Of a stretch of 32,342 bases of DNA, positions 19,746 to 28,197 are shown one piece after another; the first letter of the stretch is position 1; every line of letters begins with the position of its first letter. Source of the stretch: Tannerella sp. (GTDB taxonomy: Bacteria; Bacteroidota; Bacteroidia; Bacteroidales; Tannerellaceae); contig JAISWC010000177.1 in assembly GCA_031271245.1 (NCBI GenBank), positions 1 to 32,342 of the forward strand. The letters run 5' to 3'. The notes beneath the pieces are model-generated. The model searched no databases and had not been told where the DNA came from. It saw only the letters and a list, made by a program, of their open reading frames with translations. Both the position numbers and the translations under genes were made by a program.

Positions 19746-19783
19746 TAGCGTGCAGATTATAGATGTCTGCACGCTATTTTTTT
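19746..19783 (+). terminator. Rho-independent terminator of the Sus operon
   Basis: 11-bp stem tagcgtgcaga / tctgcacgcta, 9-nt loop, T7 tail. Confidence 0.88.
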
Positions 19784-19818
19784 ATCGGGTGTATCCAATA
19801 GAGTATGCCGGTATAAGC

Positions 19819-19866
19819 GTAAAAATCACATACCGTCACTTTGGAACAAAAACGGGTGATTTTTAC
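19819..19866 (-). terminator. Inverted repeat just downstream of the HAD-hotdog gene, possible terminator
   Basis: gtaaaaatcac ... gtgatttttac with inner ccgt/acgg pairing. Confidence 0.4.
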
Positions 19867-19883
19867 CCCTGCACGGTATAACA

Positions 19884-21116
19884 TTACCGTTTTTTCATGA
19901 TGCTGTTCAGCACACGCACAGACGAGATAAGTTTATCGGTTGAGGTAAATATGTCTACATTCCAGACGTGCGAGGAACGTCCCCTGTGAATGGCCGTTGC
20001 GACTGCGCGGACGGTGTCGCCCTCATGCGCCGACGAAAGGTGATTGCCGCTGATTTGCATACCAACCATCATCTCGTCCGGCGCGCAGAGGATGAAGGAA
20101 CCCAGTCCGGCGACCGTCTCGGCCAGCGCCAGCGTCGCGCCGCCGTGCAGGATGCCGAAGGGCTGGCGTGTGCGGTGGTCGACGGGCATAGTCGCTTCGA
20201 CCCGCTCTTCCGAGGCATACGTATACTGGATGCCCAGATTCCCCATCAGCGCATGGCGGCCCTGAGCGTTCAACTGATCCAGGGGGACGGCGGAATGATG
20301 AATGGCAGACAGGATATGCTTCTCGACCGCGGTAGCCACGCCGTCGGATTCGTTGCTGTCCGTCACATAGTCGGCGCACGCCTTGACGGAGGCTTGCGCG
20401 TTGCCCATCGCCACTCCCAGACCGGCCATCTGTATCATGGTCACATCGCAAACGCCGTCGCCGATGGCGATGACGTCTTTCGCGTCAATGGACAGTTTCT
20501 CCATCAGCCAGCTTAGCGTATTGGCCTTGTCGATGTATTGCGGAACAATCTCCAGAAAATAGTTTTCCGACCGGAACACGTCCAGCGAACCGGCGAGCCG
20601 TCTTTTCCAGTGCGCCTCCAGACGGGTCAGCGCCGTTTCGTCCTCACTGACGAGCATACATTTGCAGGGCGAAAAGTCGATGGCGTCCGCAAAACCGGAA
20701 ACGCCTTTCACGCACATGCCGTTCAATTCCGCTTCCCTGCGGATGCGCCCGTTCTCCGGATGTGTCGTGAGAATCGTATCCCCGTGATAAGTAAAAATGG
20801 GAAACCCGTTTTGCCGCGCTTTCCGTTCCAGGTAGGGAAGCAACTCCGGGTCTATCCGTTTTTCGAACAGCAGCTGATCATCCGGCATTTGGATAATCTG
20901 TCCGCCATTGTAGGAAAGGATAAATCCGCCGTTTTTATCCATCGCCAGTTCTTTCACCAGCGCCCTCAGGCCGTATGTCGGCCGGCCGGACGCCAGCACA
21001 ATCCGTACACCCAAATGCTGTATCTTCAATAACGCCGTCTTCGTACGGGGCGTTATTTTCTTCGCTTCGTTAAGCAACGTGCCGTCCACGTCAAGTACCA
21101 ACAGTTTGCAGTTCAT
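19884..21116 (-). CDS. Cof-type HAD-IIB hydrolase fused to a hotdog-fold (PaaI/MenI-like) thioesterase
   Basis: LDVDGTLL, LASGRP, AIGDGVCD, AMGNA, then TRQPFGILHGGATLALAET. Start set at 21116 (MNCKLL) because a TATATTTG box lies at 21136-21143. Confidence 0.9.
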   Translation of the reverse strand: MNCKLLVLDVDGTLLNEAKKITPRTKTALLKIQHLGVRIVLASGRPTYGLRALVKELAMDKNGGFILSYNGGQIIQMPDDQLLFEKRIDPELLPYLERKARQNGFPIFTYHGDTILTTHPENGRIRREAELNGMCVKGVSGFADAIDFSPCKCMLVSEDETALTRLEAHWKRRLAGSLDVFRSENYFLEIVPQYIDKANTLSWLMEKLSIDAKDVIAIGDGVCDVTMIQMAGLGVAMGNAQASVKACADYVTDSNESDGVATAVEKHILSAIHHSAVPLDQLNAQGRHALMGNLGIQYTYASEERVEATMPVDHRTRQPFGILHGGATLALAETVAGLGSFILCAPDEMMVGMQISGNHLSSAHEGDTVRAVATAIHRGRSSHVWNVDIFTSTDKLISSVRVLNSIMKKR

Positions 21117-21135
21117 CTCTCTGGTTTTATGGCCA

Positions 21136-21143
21136 CAAATATA
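21136..21143 (-). promoter_or_regulatory. -7 promoter box TATATTTG
   Basis: Plus-strand caaatata, 19 nt upstream of ATG 21116. Confidence 0.6.
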
Positions 21144-21280
21144 ATACTGTTTTGGCGATATGGAAAATTTTTGCAGCCTTTTGGGTGCATTTGACTGCGT
21201 CGAGGATGATTTCGTGTTCCGGATGAACCTGCGCCGTTCCACATCGACACGCCGTTGACCGGAGCGGACCATATCTCGCT

Positions 21281-23851
21281 TCAGAAAGAAAACTGCATCT
21301 TCATCCGCAGGCCGTAGTTGGGTGTATGCGGATGGTCGCGGTACGAAAGACGCCATACATAGTCGAGGCGCAGCACCTTGAAGATGTTATCCACGCCAAC
21401 GCTGGCTTCCATGTAGGGGCCTTCCGTCATCAGATAGCTGTTTGCGGGAAAGCGATACAGTCCCGCACCGTCTTTGTCCGGATTGTTTTTGTCGCTCAGA
21501 CCGCCGTACCAGCCCCGGAAGGCAAATACTTCACGCAGTTTCAGGTATTTGATGAGCGGGAGACGGTTAAACAACGCACCATTCATGAAATACGTAAGCT
21601 CCCACGACACATACCGGTCGTTGATAAATTCCATCGGGTCCATCAGGGTATACGATTCCGCTTCGATGCTGTAGGAAAGGTTGGCGTTCGGAATAACCAG
21701 CAGCGGATAGGGCACCCTGTCCCATACCGCGCCGGCCTGACCGTAAAGGTCGACGTATCCGAAGGGCGACATCCAGAAGCGCTTCCGGATGCCGAGGTCG
21801 GTACGGCTGTAGCGGTAGTCGGAGCCGAGCAGGCCTTTGGGCGAAAAGACGTGACTCAGGGTAAACACGGGTGCATCCAGCGTGACGGGATAGCGGTAGT
21901 TGCGCGACTGGTAAAACTTTTCATTCGACGCCCAACGCACTTTCCCTTCCAGCTGGGCGGAATGGTAATGACCGGCCGGAACGGCGCCGCCATCGGGCAG
22001 TATCTTTTCAAAAGGCACGTCCGGCGTCGCCCATTCCGTCACGTGACGCGCCGAAAGGCCGTATCCCCAGCCGTTGTAATGCTCGTGATAATAGCTCAGT
22101 TCGGCGGTACGCATATACGTAATCAGGTTGTTGCGCCGCCGTTTCAGCATCATGAAAAGGTTGTCGGGATTGGTGTAGAGATAATGCTGTCCGATCTGGT
22201 TGATGTCGTGCTTGAATTCCGCCCGCAGGTAGTGGAAAGGATATTCCTTGCGGAACGTCTTCTTGTCGTTGAAGGAATACTCCAGGATAAGGTCGCCCTT
22301 GAACCTCCGGTCTCCGGCGCCGTAGGCCAGGTAACCGTCCGCGAAAAGCCGGCGGCTGAGGTTGACCGTAGTTGTCCCGCCGAGGCGAAAGCGGGCGCCT
22401 TCCAGCGAATTGCCGCTGATGAACGTGTTCACCGGCCCGAACTCAAACTTGCTATCCGTTTCGGAAGTCTGGACGTATCCGTTAATCAGTGCACCGGCGA
22501 CTTTTTCCGTCCAGTAATAGGCCGGTACGGCACGCAGGCGCGCCATCATCTTGTCCACGGACGTCTCCCGTATTTCCTTTTCCCTGATCCGGTGATCGCG
22601 CCAGAAGGCTTCCGGCAGCTTGCGCGCTTCGCTTGCTTCCACGACCGACGCCCCTTCCTCAAAAACAGCCATGTCGCCGGGCGGATCAAAGGAATGGCGG
22701 TGATGGAGGCAAATCCGGCGGGCGTAAAAACCCTTGGACTTTTCGGTGATCCGGAACTCCACGATGATGTCGTTTTTGGTCATCAGCCGCGTCCGGCGGT
22801 CTTCGGTACGGTCGAAGCGCTGTTCTATCGTCATGTGACCTACGTAATTCAGGTTGATGGCCTTCGGCACGTTGAGGGCGATCTGCTTCACGAAATACGT
22901 CGAGTCCAGCGTGATATACAGATGTCCGGTAAACCCGAACGACTCCGAGTTGTAGGGCACAAAAGCCAGGTCTGCACACGGTTCGCCATCGATGTCCAGC
23001 GTGTCGAGCAGGTAGTATTTGTAGAAATACGGGGCAAACGACGCCAGCGGACTGACAAAGCGGTTCAGGAACAGCGGGATGTTATCCTGAAAAATATCGA
23101 CTTCCCGGAATACTTCTTCGATAAACTGCCGGGTACCGTCTTCGGGGAGAATGTCGATCAGGCCGTCGCGCCGGTGAGCCTGTATGACCTGCTTTTCCGA
23201 GCGCGGCGACTTCCGGCAGTACGTCTGTCCGATGATTTCCTCGTCGAAGACGGGCAGGATCGTTTTGCCGGTAATGGCCGACGTGTCGATATAATCAAAG
23301 ATGAAATCAAACTGTTTATAAATCCGCCTGCTCCGGGCTTTTTCCTCGTCGAAATCGTTGCGTGCCAGGATTTTCTGTTCATAGGTGCCGTAGCTGAAAT
23401 AGTCGTGGTTGCGCGGGTCGTTCAAGTTGCGCCGCGCGATGACCTCTTCGATAAAGTCCACCGCCGGATTGTTTTTCCGGGAATAGCGTTCTTTCCGTGG
23501 ACTCACCACCACATCAGCCAGTTGATAGACAACCGGCTGGAGATGTATCGTCAGCCGGTTTGCGCCCGCCTGCACGGGCTGCCGGTATTCCGCATAACCC
23601 ACCGCCGAAACCACCAGCAGTGCACTGTCCAAATGTGCCTTGAAGGAAAAATGGCCATCCCCGTCCGTAGCGGTTCCGAAAGTCGTACCTTTCAAGTAAA
23701 CCGATACACCGGGTATGGCCTCCTTTGTCAACGAATCCGTGACATATCCTTCCGCCAGGATCGTACGTTGCGCATAACTGTTTACGGAGCAACCGGCGAA
23801 CCATATAATCAGTAAAAACAATGCCTCTATCGGATGATTTCCTACTTTCAT
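21281..23851 (-). CDS. Outer-membrane protein with CarboxypepD_reg-like N-domain and DUF5686-type body
   Basis: GYVTDSLTKEAIPGVSVYLKGTT, KERYSRKNNPAV, FVSPLA, GNSLEGARFRLGG, YMEASVGVDNIFKVLRLDYVWRLSY, terminal F. Start uncertain (23851 or 23911). Confidence 0.85.
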   Translation of the reverse strand: MKVGNHPIEALFLLIIWFAGCSVNSYAQRTILAEGYVTDSLTKEAIPGVSVYLKGTTFGTATDGDGHFSFKAHLDSALLVVSAVGYAEYRQPVQAGANRLTIHLQPVVYQLADVVVSPRKERYSRKNNPAVDFIEEVIARRNLNDPRNHDYFSYGTYEQKILARNDFDEEKARSRRIYKQFDFIFDYIDTSAITGKTILPVFDEEIIGQTYCRKSPRSEKQVIQAHRRDGLIDILPEDGTRQFIEEVFREVDIFQDNIPLFLNRFVSPLASFAPYFYKYYLLDTLDIDGEPCADLAFVPYNSESFGFTGHLYITLDSTYFVKQIALNVPKAINLNYVGHMTIEQRFDRTEDRRTRLMTKNDIIVEFRITEKSKGFYARRICLHHRHSFDPPGDMAVFEEGASVVEASEARKLPEAFWRDHRIREKEIRETSVDKMMARLRAVPAYYWTEKVAGALINGYVQTSETDSKFEFGPVNTFISGNSLEGARFRLGGTTTVNLSRRLFADGYLAYGAGDRRFKGDLILEYSFNDKKTFRKEYPFHYLRAEFKHDINQIGQHYLYTNPDNLFMMLKRRRNNLITYMRTAELSYYHEHYNGWGYGLSARHVTEWATPDVPFEKILPDGGAVPAGHYHSAQLEGKVRWASNEKFYQSRNYRYPVTLDAPVFTLSHVFSPKGLLGSDYRYSRTDLGIRKRFWMSPFGYVDLYGQAGAVWDRVPYPLLVIPNANLSYSIEAESYTLMDPMEFINDRYVSWELTYFMNGALFNRLPLIKYLKLREVFAFRGWYGGLSDKNNPDKDGAGLYRFPANSYLMTEGPYMEASVGVDNIFKVLRLDYVWRLSYRDHPHTPNYGLRMKMQFSF

Positions 23852-23990
23852 TCCCTTGTCGTCAAACCCACCATGAATTAATCCGCTGCAAAAGTCGGAT
23901 TTATTTTTCACACAACAGTGGTATGTATCATGTTTAAATTAGTCGGAATGTCGCTTTTTATATGGAAAACGGGGCTTACCTGCTGCACAG

Positions 23991-25304
23991 TCAAAGTTTC
24001 GGCAAGGTCCACGGAGCGCGGTATTCCTTGCAGCGCAAGGCATCCGCTTCGGCATCGTTGAACGTTTTGCCATCCCAGCTCAGTTTCTTGCCGGTGCGAT
24101 AGGCGATGTTGCCCAACTGCGAAAATTTGGCGATATGGGCGCCGATTTCGATGCTGGCGTTGCAGTTGCGGTTGCGCGTTTTGATACATTCCAGATGATT
24201 CTTTACATGCAGATTCAGTCCGCCGCCGCCATGCGCCTTTTTCAGCGGTACCGCTTCCATGCGCGCCACGCCGTTGGCCGTTTCGGGGATCACCTCCCAG
24301 CCGCCGCGGTCAATCACCAGCGTGCCGTTTTCGCCGACAAAGCCCAGTCCGTGTTCCCGTCCGTAGAAGCCGTCGTGAATCCCGGTGGCATGGTCCCACA
24401 GCACGGTGAAGCCGTCGAACGTATAAATCGTCTGCAACAAATCCGGCGTTTCGCAGGCGCTGTCGGGATAGCCGAACTTTCCGCCCGCGGCCATAACGGA
24501 TTTGGCGGCCGTCACATCCATGCCGAACAGCACATAGTCGAGCAGATGTACGCCCCAGTCGGTCATCAGTCCGCCCGCATAATCCCAGAACCACCGGAAG
24601 TTGAAGTGGAAGCGGTTGGGGTTGAACGGACGCTTGGGCGCCGGCCCCAGCCACATGTCATAGTCCACTCCCGGCGGGACGGGTGCGTCGGGTTTGACGG
24701 GAATGGCCGGGCACCAGGCCAGGTACGTAAAGACGCGCACGGTACGTATTTTCCCCAGTTGGCCGCTGCGGATGAACGCGACGGCTTCCTGCCAGTGCGG
24801 ATCGCTACGCTGCCACTGCCCCACCTGTACGACGCGGTTGTACTTTTCGGCCGCACGCACCATGATGTTACATTCTTCGATACTGTTGCCCAGCGGCTTT
24901 TCGCAGTACACATCCTTGCCCGTTTCGCAGGCGGCTACCAGTTGCAGGCAGTGCCAGTGGTCGGGCGTACCCACAATCACCAGGTCGATGTCTTTGCGGT
25001 CAATCAGTTTGCGCCAGTCACCGTACAGGTATTTCGGCTTCTTTCCCGCGATTTTTTCCACCTGGCCGGCTTTGTCGTTCAAAACACCTTCATCGACGTC
25101 GGCCAGCGACACACATTCCACTTCGGGATTGTCCAGAAAGACTTTGAGGTCTGCGAATCCCATACCGTTGCAGCCAATCAGTCCAACCCGGATTTTGTCA
25201 TTTGCACCGACTTCATGCAGTCCGGATTTCACTGCAAACGGGTGAACAGCCAGTCCGGCGCCCAGCAGGGACGCCTGACGGATAAAATTTCTTCGTGTTG
25301 TCAT
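23991..25304 (-). CDS. Tat-exported Gfo/Idh/MocA family oxidoreductase
   Basis: MTTRRNFIRQ twin-arginine signal, IRVGLIGCNGMG, GTPDHWH, DVYCEKP, DWGVHLLD. Confidence 0.93.
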   Translation of the reverse strand: MTTRRNFIRQASLLGAGLAVHPFAVKSGLHEVGANDKIRVGLIGCNGMGFADLKVFLDNPEVECVSLADVDEGVLNDKAGQVEKIAGKKPKYLYGDWRKLIDRKDIDLVIVGTPDHWHCLQLVAACETGKDVYCEKPLGNSIEECNIMVRAAEKYNRVVQVGQWQRSDPHWQEAVAFIRSGQLGKIRTVRVFTYLAWCPAIPVKPDAPVPPGVDYDMWLGPAPKRPFNPNRFHFNFRWFWDYAGGLMTDWGVHLLDYVLFGMDVTAAKSVMAAGGKFGYPDSACETPDLLQTIYTFDGFTVLWDHATGIHDGFYGREHGLGFVGENGTLVIDRGGWEVIPETANGVARMEAVPLKKAHGGGGLNLHVKNHLECIKTRNRNCNASIEIGAHIAKFSQLGNIAYRTGKKLSWDGKTFNDAEADALRCKEYRAPWTLPKL

Positions 25305-25338
25305 ATTTTTCAGCATTTAAAAGAGTGAATAATTTCCG

Positions 25339-25346
25339 CAAATATA
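25339..25346 (-). promoter_or_regulatory. -7 promoter box TATATTTG for the oxidoreductase
   Basis: Plus-strand caaatata in the divergent intergenic region. Confidence 0.6.
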
Positions 25347-25402
25347 AGACAAACAATTCATACAAACGGCCTTTCTATCCGGTTTTTTCCAAATAAATCC
25401 AT

Positions 25403-25410
25403 TACCTTTG
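25403..25410 (+). promoter_or_regulatory. -7 promoter box TACCTTTG for rlmD
   Basis: Exact TAnnTTTG 14 nt before ATG 25425. Confidence 0.7.
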
Positions 25411-25424
25411 CCGGACAGACAACG

Positions 25425-26852
25425 ATGAAAAAGAAATTACCCATATTGGAGCAAGTCACTGTCAGCGGAATAGCCGCCGAAGGCAAGGCAATTGTCAGAT
25501 ACGGTGAGCAAGTGGTATTTGTGCCGTTTGCCGTACCGGGCGACGTAGTCGATATTCAGCTGACAGGAAGGAAAAACTCGTATGCCGAAGGCCGGGTCAT
25601 CCGGTTTCATGCGTATTCGCCGCAGCGCGTCGCGCCTTTCTGCGAACACTACGGCGTTTGCGGCGGCTGCCAGTGGCAAATCCTTCCCTACCCCGAACAG
25701 CTCCGCAGCAAACAGCAGCAGGTCGTCGACCAGCTGACCCGTATCGGCAAGATCGAGCTGCCGGACATTTCCCCCATTCTGGGTTCCGAAAAAACGCAGC
25801 GCTACCGTAACAAGCTGGAGTTTACCTTTTCCGACAGCCGCTGGCTGACGGAAGACGAAATCCGTTCCGGCCGGTCGCCGGAGGAACGCAATGCGCTGGG
25901 GTTTCATATCCCGGGGAAGTTTGACAAGGTGCTGGACATCCGCACGTGCCACCTGCAGGACGAGGTTTCGAACCGCATCCGGAACGAAGTCAGAGCCTTT
26001 GCGCTGGAGCAGGGGTTCACGTTTTTCAATCTGCGGAACCGCGGCGGCCTGTTGCGCAACCTGATCATCCGCACGGCAACCACCGGCGAAGTCATGCTGA
26101 TTGTCATCTTCTACGAAGACGACGAACCCCGGCGCACCGTCCTGCTGAACCACCTGGCCGCCCGTTTTCCCGAAATCACCTCCCTCCTCTACGTCCTGAA
26201 CCCAAAGGCCAACGACACGATCACCGACCGGGAAGTACATGTTTTCAGGGGAAAACCCTTCATTACGGAACAGATGGAAGACCTGAAATTCAAAATCGGA
26301 CCGAAATCGTTTTACCAGACGAACAGCGAGCAGGCTTACCGGCTGTATTCGACGGTCCGCGATTTCGCCGGGCTGACCGACACGGAGCATGTCTATGACC
26401 TCTACACCGGCACGGGAACCATTGCCAACTTTCTGGCCCGGCGCGCCGGACGGGTGACCGGCATCGAATACGTTCCCGAAGCCATCGACGACGCCAGGGC
26501 CAATGCCGCTTTCAACGGCATCGCCAACGTGCATTTCCTGGCGGGCGACATGAAAGACCTGCTGACCGCCGGTTTCATTCAGGCGCATGGCCGGCCGGAC
26601 GTCCTGGTCACCGACCCACCTCGCGCCGGCATGCACGGGGATGTGATCAAAACCGTCCTCCTTGCCGCTCCCCGGCGCATCGTGTACGTGAGCTGCAACC
26701 CGGCCACGCAGGCGCGAGACCTGCATTTGCTGGCTCCGGACTACCGCATCGTCAGGGTACAGCCCGTCGACATGTTCCCGCATACCCACCATGTGGAAAA
26801 TGTCGTCCTGATGGAACGAAAGGGTGCATTCTATGTTCCGCTTGGATATTAG
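25425..26852 (+). CDS. rlmD: 23S rRNA (uracil(1939)-C5)-methyltransferase
   Basis: TRAM domain, CEHYGVCGGC Fe-S motif, SFYQTN, DLYTGTGTI, DPPRAG, YVSCNPATQARDL, DMFPHTHHVE. Confidence 0.95.
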   Translation: MKKKLPILEQVTVSGIAAEGKAIVRYGEQVVFVPFAVPGDVVDIQLTGRKNSYAEGRVIRFHAYSPQRVAPFCEHYGVCGGCQWQILPYPEQLRSKQQQVVDQLTRIGKIELPDISPILGSEKTQRYRNKLEFTFSDSRWLTEDEIRSGRSPEERNALGFHIPGKFDKVLDIRTCHLQDEVSNRIRNEVRAFALEQGFTFFNLRNRGGLLRNLIIRTATTGEVMLIVIFYEDDEPRRTVLLNHLAARFPEITSLLYVLNPKANDTITDREVHVFRGKPFITEQMEDLKFKIGPKSFYQTNSEQAYRLYSTVRDFAGLTDTEHVYDLYTGTGTIANFLARRAGRVTGIEYVPEAIDDARANAAFNGIANVHFLAGDMKDLLTAGFIQAHGRPDVLVTDPPRAGMHGDVIKTVLLAAPRRIVYVSCNPATQARDLHLLAPDYRIVRVQPVDMFPHTHHVENVVLMERKGAFYVPLGY

Positions 26853-26912
26853 AAACCGTTTAAATTTAGAATAAAACATTGGCGATCCGTTGTTTGTTTG
26901 GATGACAGGTCG

Positions 26913-26920
26913 TATCTTTG
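26913..26920 (+). promoter_or_regulatory. -7 promoter box TATCTTTG with upstream TTTG, pointing into the second 21-bp array
   Basis: ttgtttgtttggatgacaggtcgTATCTTTG; ATG at 26944 follows an A-rich stretch. Confidence 0.65.
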
Positions 26921-26943
26921 GGGTTCTCAAAACAGAAAGAACG

Positions 26944-27492
26944 ATGCCAAATGATCCGACAGACTTGACCGACCGCCCATACGGTGCCATATTACAACTA
27001 ATCGGCTTTCTTACGCAACTTCGGCCCACTTTTATCAGGGAGCCTTTGACCGCATCGACAGTCGATTCGGACGGTCGCCAAACGGGAAGGCCCTTCGCAG
27101 GCCTCTATTCTCTGCAAGCCCCCATAGGCGCGGAAATCACCTGGGCGATGAGTTTCATCCTTCAAAGGATGAGATCCGTCACCCAGGCGATGAAACCCGT
27201 CACCCAGGTGATGAAGTCTATCCGTCGACTTACGAAACCCATCACCCAGGTGATGAAGTCTATCCTCCGACTTATGAAACCCATTACCCAGGTGATGAAG
27301 TCTATCCTTCGACTTATGGAACCCATCGCCCAGGTGATGAGTTTCATCACCCAGGCGATAGCGGCATCCATACCCCCGAAAAAAACAACTCTTATCTATA
27401 AGTCAATTAATAATCAGGACAATGGAAAATTGGGTGGGCGTTTTCATCCGTCCTGCGGTCAGGGTGCTGACGGCAAAGTTGGCTTTTTTTAA
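26944..27492 (+). CDS. Hypothetical protein containing 11 heptad repeats (possible coiled coil); coding status uncertain
   Basis: MPNDPT...ITWAMSF ILQRMRS VTQAMKP VTQVMKS IRRLTKP ITQVMKS ILRLMKP...; hydrophobic residues at positions 1 and 5. Confidence 0.4.
   Translation: MPNDPTDLTDRPYGAILQLIGFLTQLRPTFIREPLTASTVDSDGRQTGRPFAGLYSLQAPIGAEITWAMSFILQRMRSVTQAMKPVTQVMKSIRRLTKPITQVMKSILRLMKPITQVMKSILRLMEPIAQVMSFITQAIAASIPPKKTTLIYKSINNQDNGKLGGRFHPSCGQGADGKVGFF
27136..27366. repeat. Tandem array of 11 x 21-bp units, A/B alternation in the central part
   Basis: atcacccaggtgatgaagtct / atcctccgacttatgaaaccc type units in register from 27136. Confidence 0.93.
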
Positions 27493-27695
27493 CTGCCTTA
27501 CAACCCTTCTCCGACCCGAAAAATTGGATATAAACGGTAGCTCCACAGGAGAGGGGAGCGTAACGTCGATTTCCAGCGCACACTGCCGGTTGAATTGAAT
27601 ATCGACACAGTCAAATATACCCGTCTTCACGGGCTTTTTTGGATTATTATGTTTTTTTGGTTCGCAAAGCGTTTCCTTATCTGAAAAAATAATAG

Positions 27696-27703
27696 TACCT
27701 TTG
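27696..27703 (+). promoter_or_regulatory. -7 promoter box TACCTTTG about 500 nt upstream of the large surface-protein gene
   Basis: Exact TAnnTTTG in AT-rich context. Confidence 0.6.
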
Positions 27704-28197
27704 CCGCAATTTTTTACGCAACAAAATATTGACTATCATTATAAGCGAAGGTAAAACCATGGCTACAAAGATGGACTACATAAAAAAGCTCATAACGGGG
27801 TGCATCATTTCGCAACATACAAATGTCCTGCGATACAGCGATTCCCTGACGAAGGCAACTTTCTTGCAGTGGACAGTACGTAAACGGCTGTCGACGGCAA
27901 CTCATTCTGGGATATCCCGAACCTGTTCCGGCAAGGAACCGGTCTGTTCGGGCATATTCCGGAAAAGAAGTGCTTTGCCCGCATCGAAACGCGACTGCGC
28001 AAGCTGTTTCCCGCCGGGGCTGCGTGTTTGAAAAATGAATAGCAACATAACAAATATAACAAACAAAGTAACATAACATAAAAAAGCAACATAACGTAAA
28101 CATCTGCATAACGGCAGGTGTTAATCTAATAGACAGGCGTCCATGTAATATTGTACGTCCACATAGAAGGTAGAGATCAACATAACAAGATACAAAT

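Noticed and set aside
21117-21356. 80-aa N-terminal extension of the HAD-hotdog ORF
   Set aside because: It overlaps the upstream gene's 3' end and contains a -7 promoter box; HAD motif I follows Met 21116.
27495-27640. Possible ncRNA or riboswitch; weak hairpin cccgt-cttc-acggg plus T-run at 27620-27640; antisense TATATTTG at 27612-27619
   Set aside because: No recognisable RNA family motif, only a 5-bp stem, and a single 8-mer box can occur by chance.
27729-28031. 100-aa ORF upstream of the adhesin gene
   Set aside because: No recognisable motif or convincing codon pattern; it may be leader sequence or decayed DNA.
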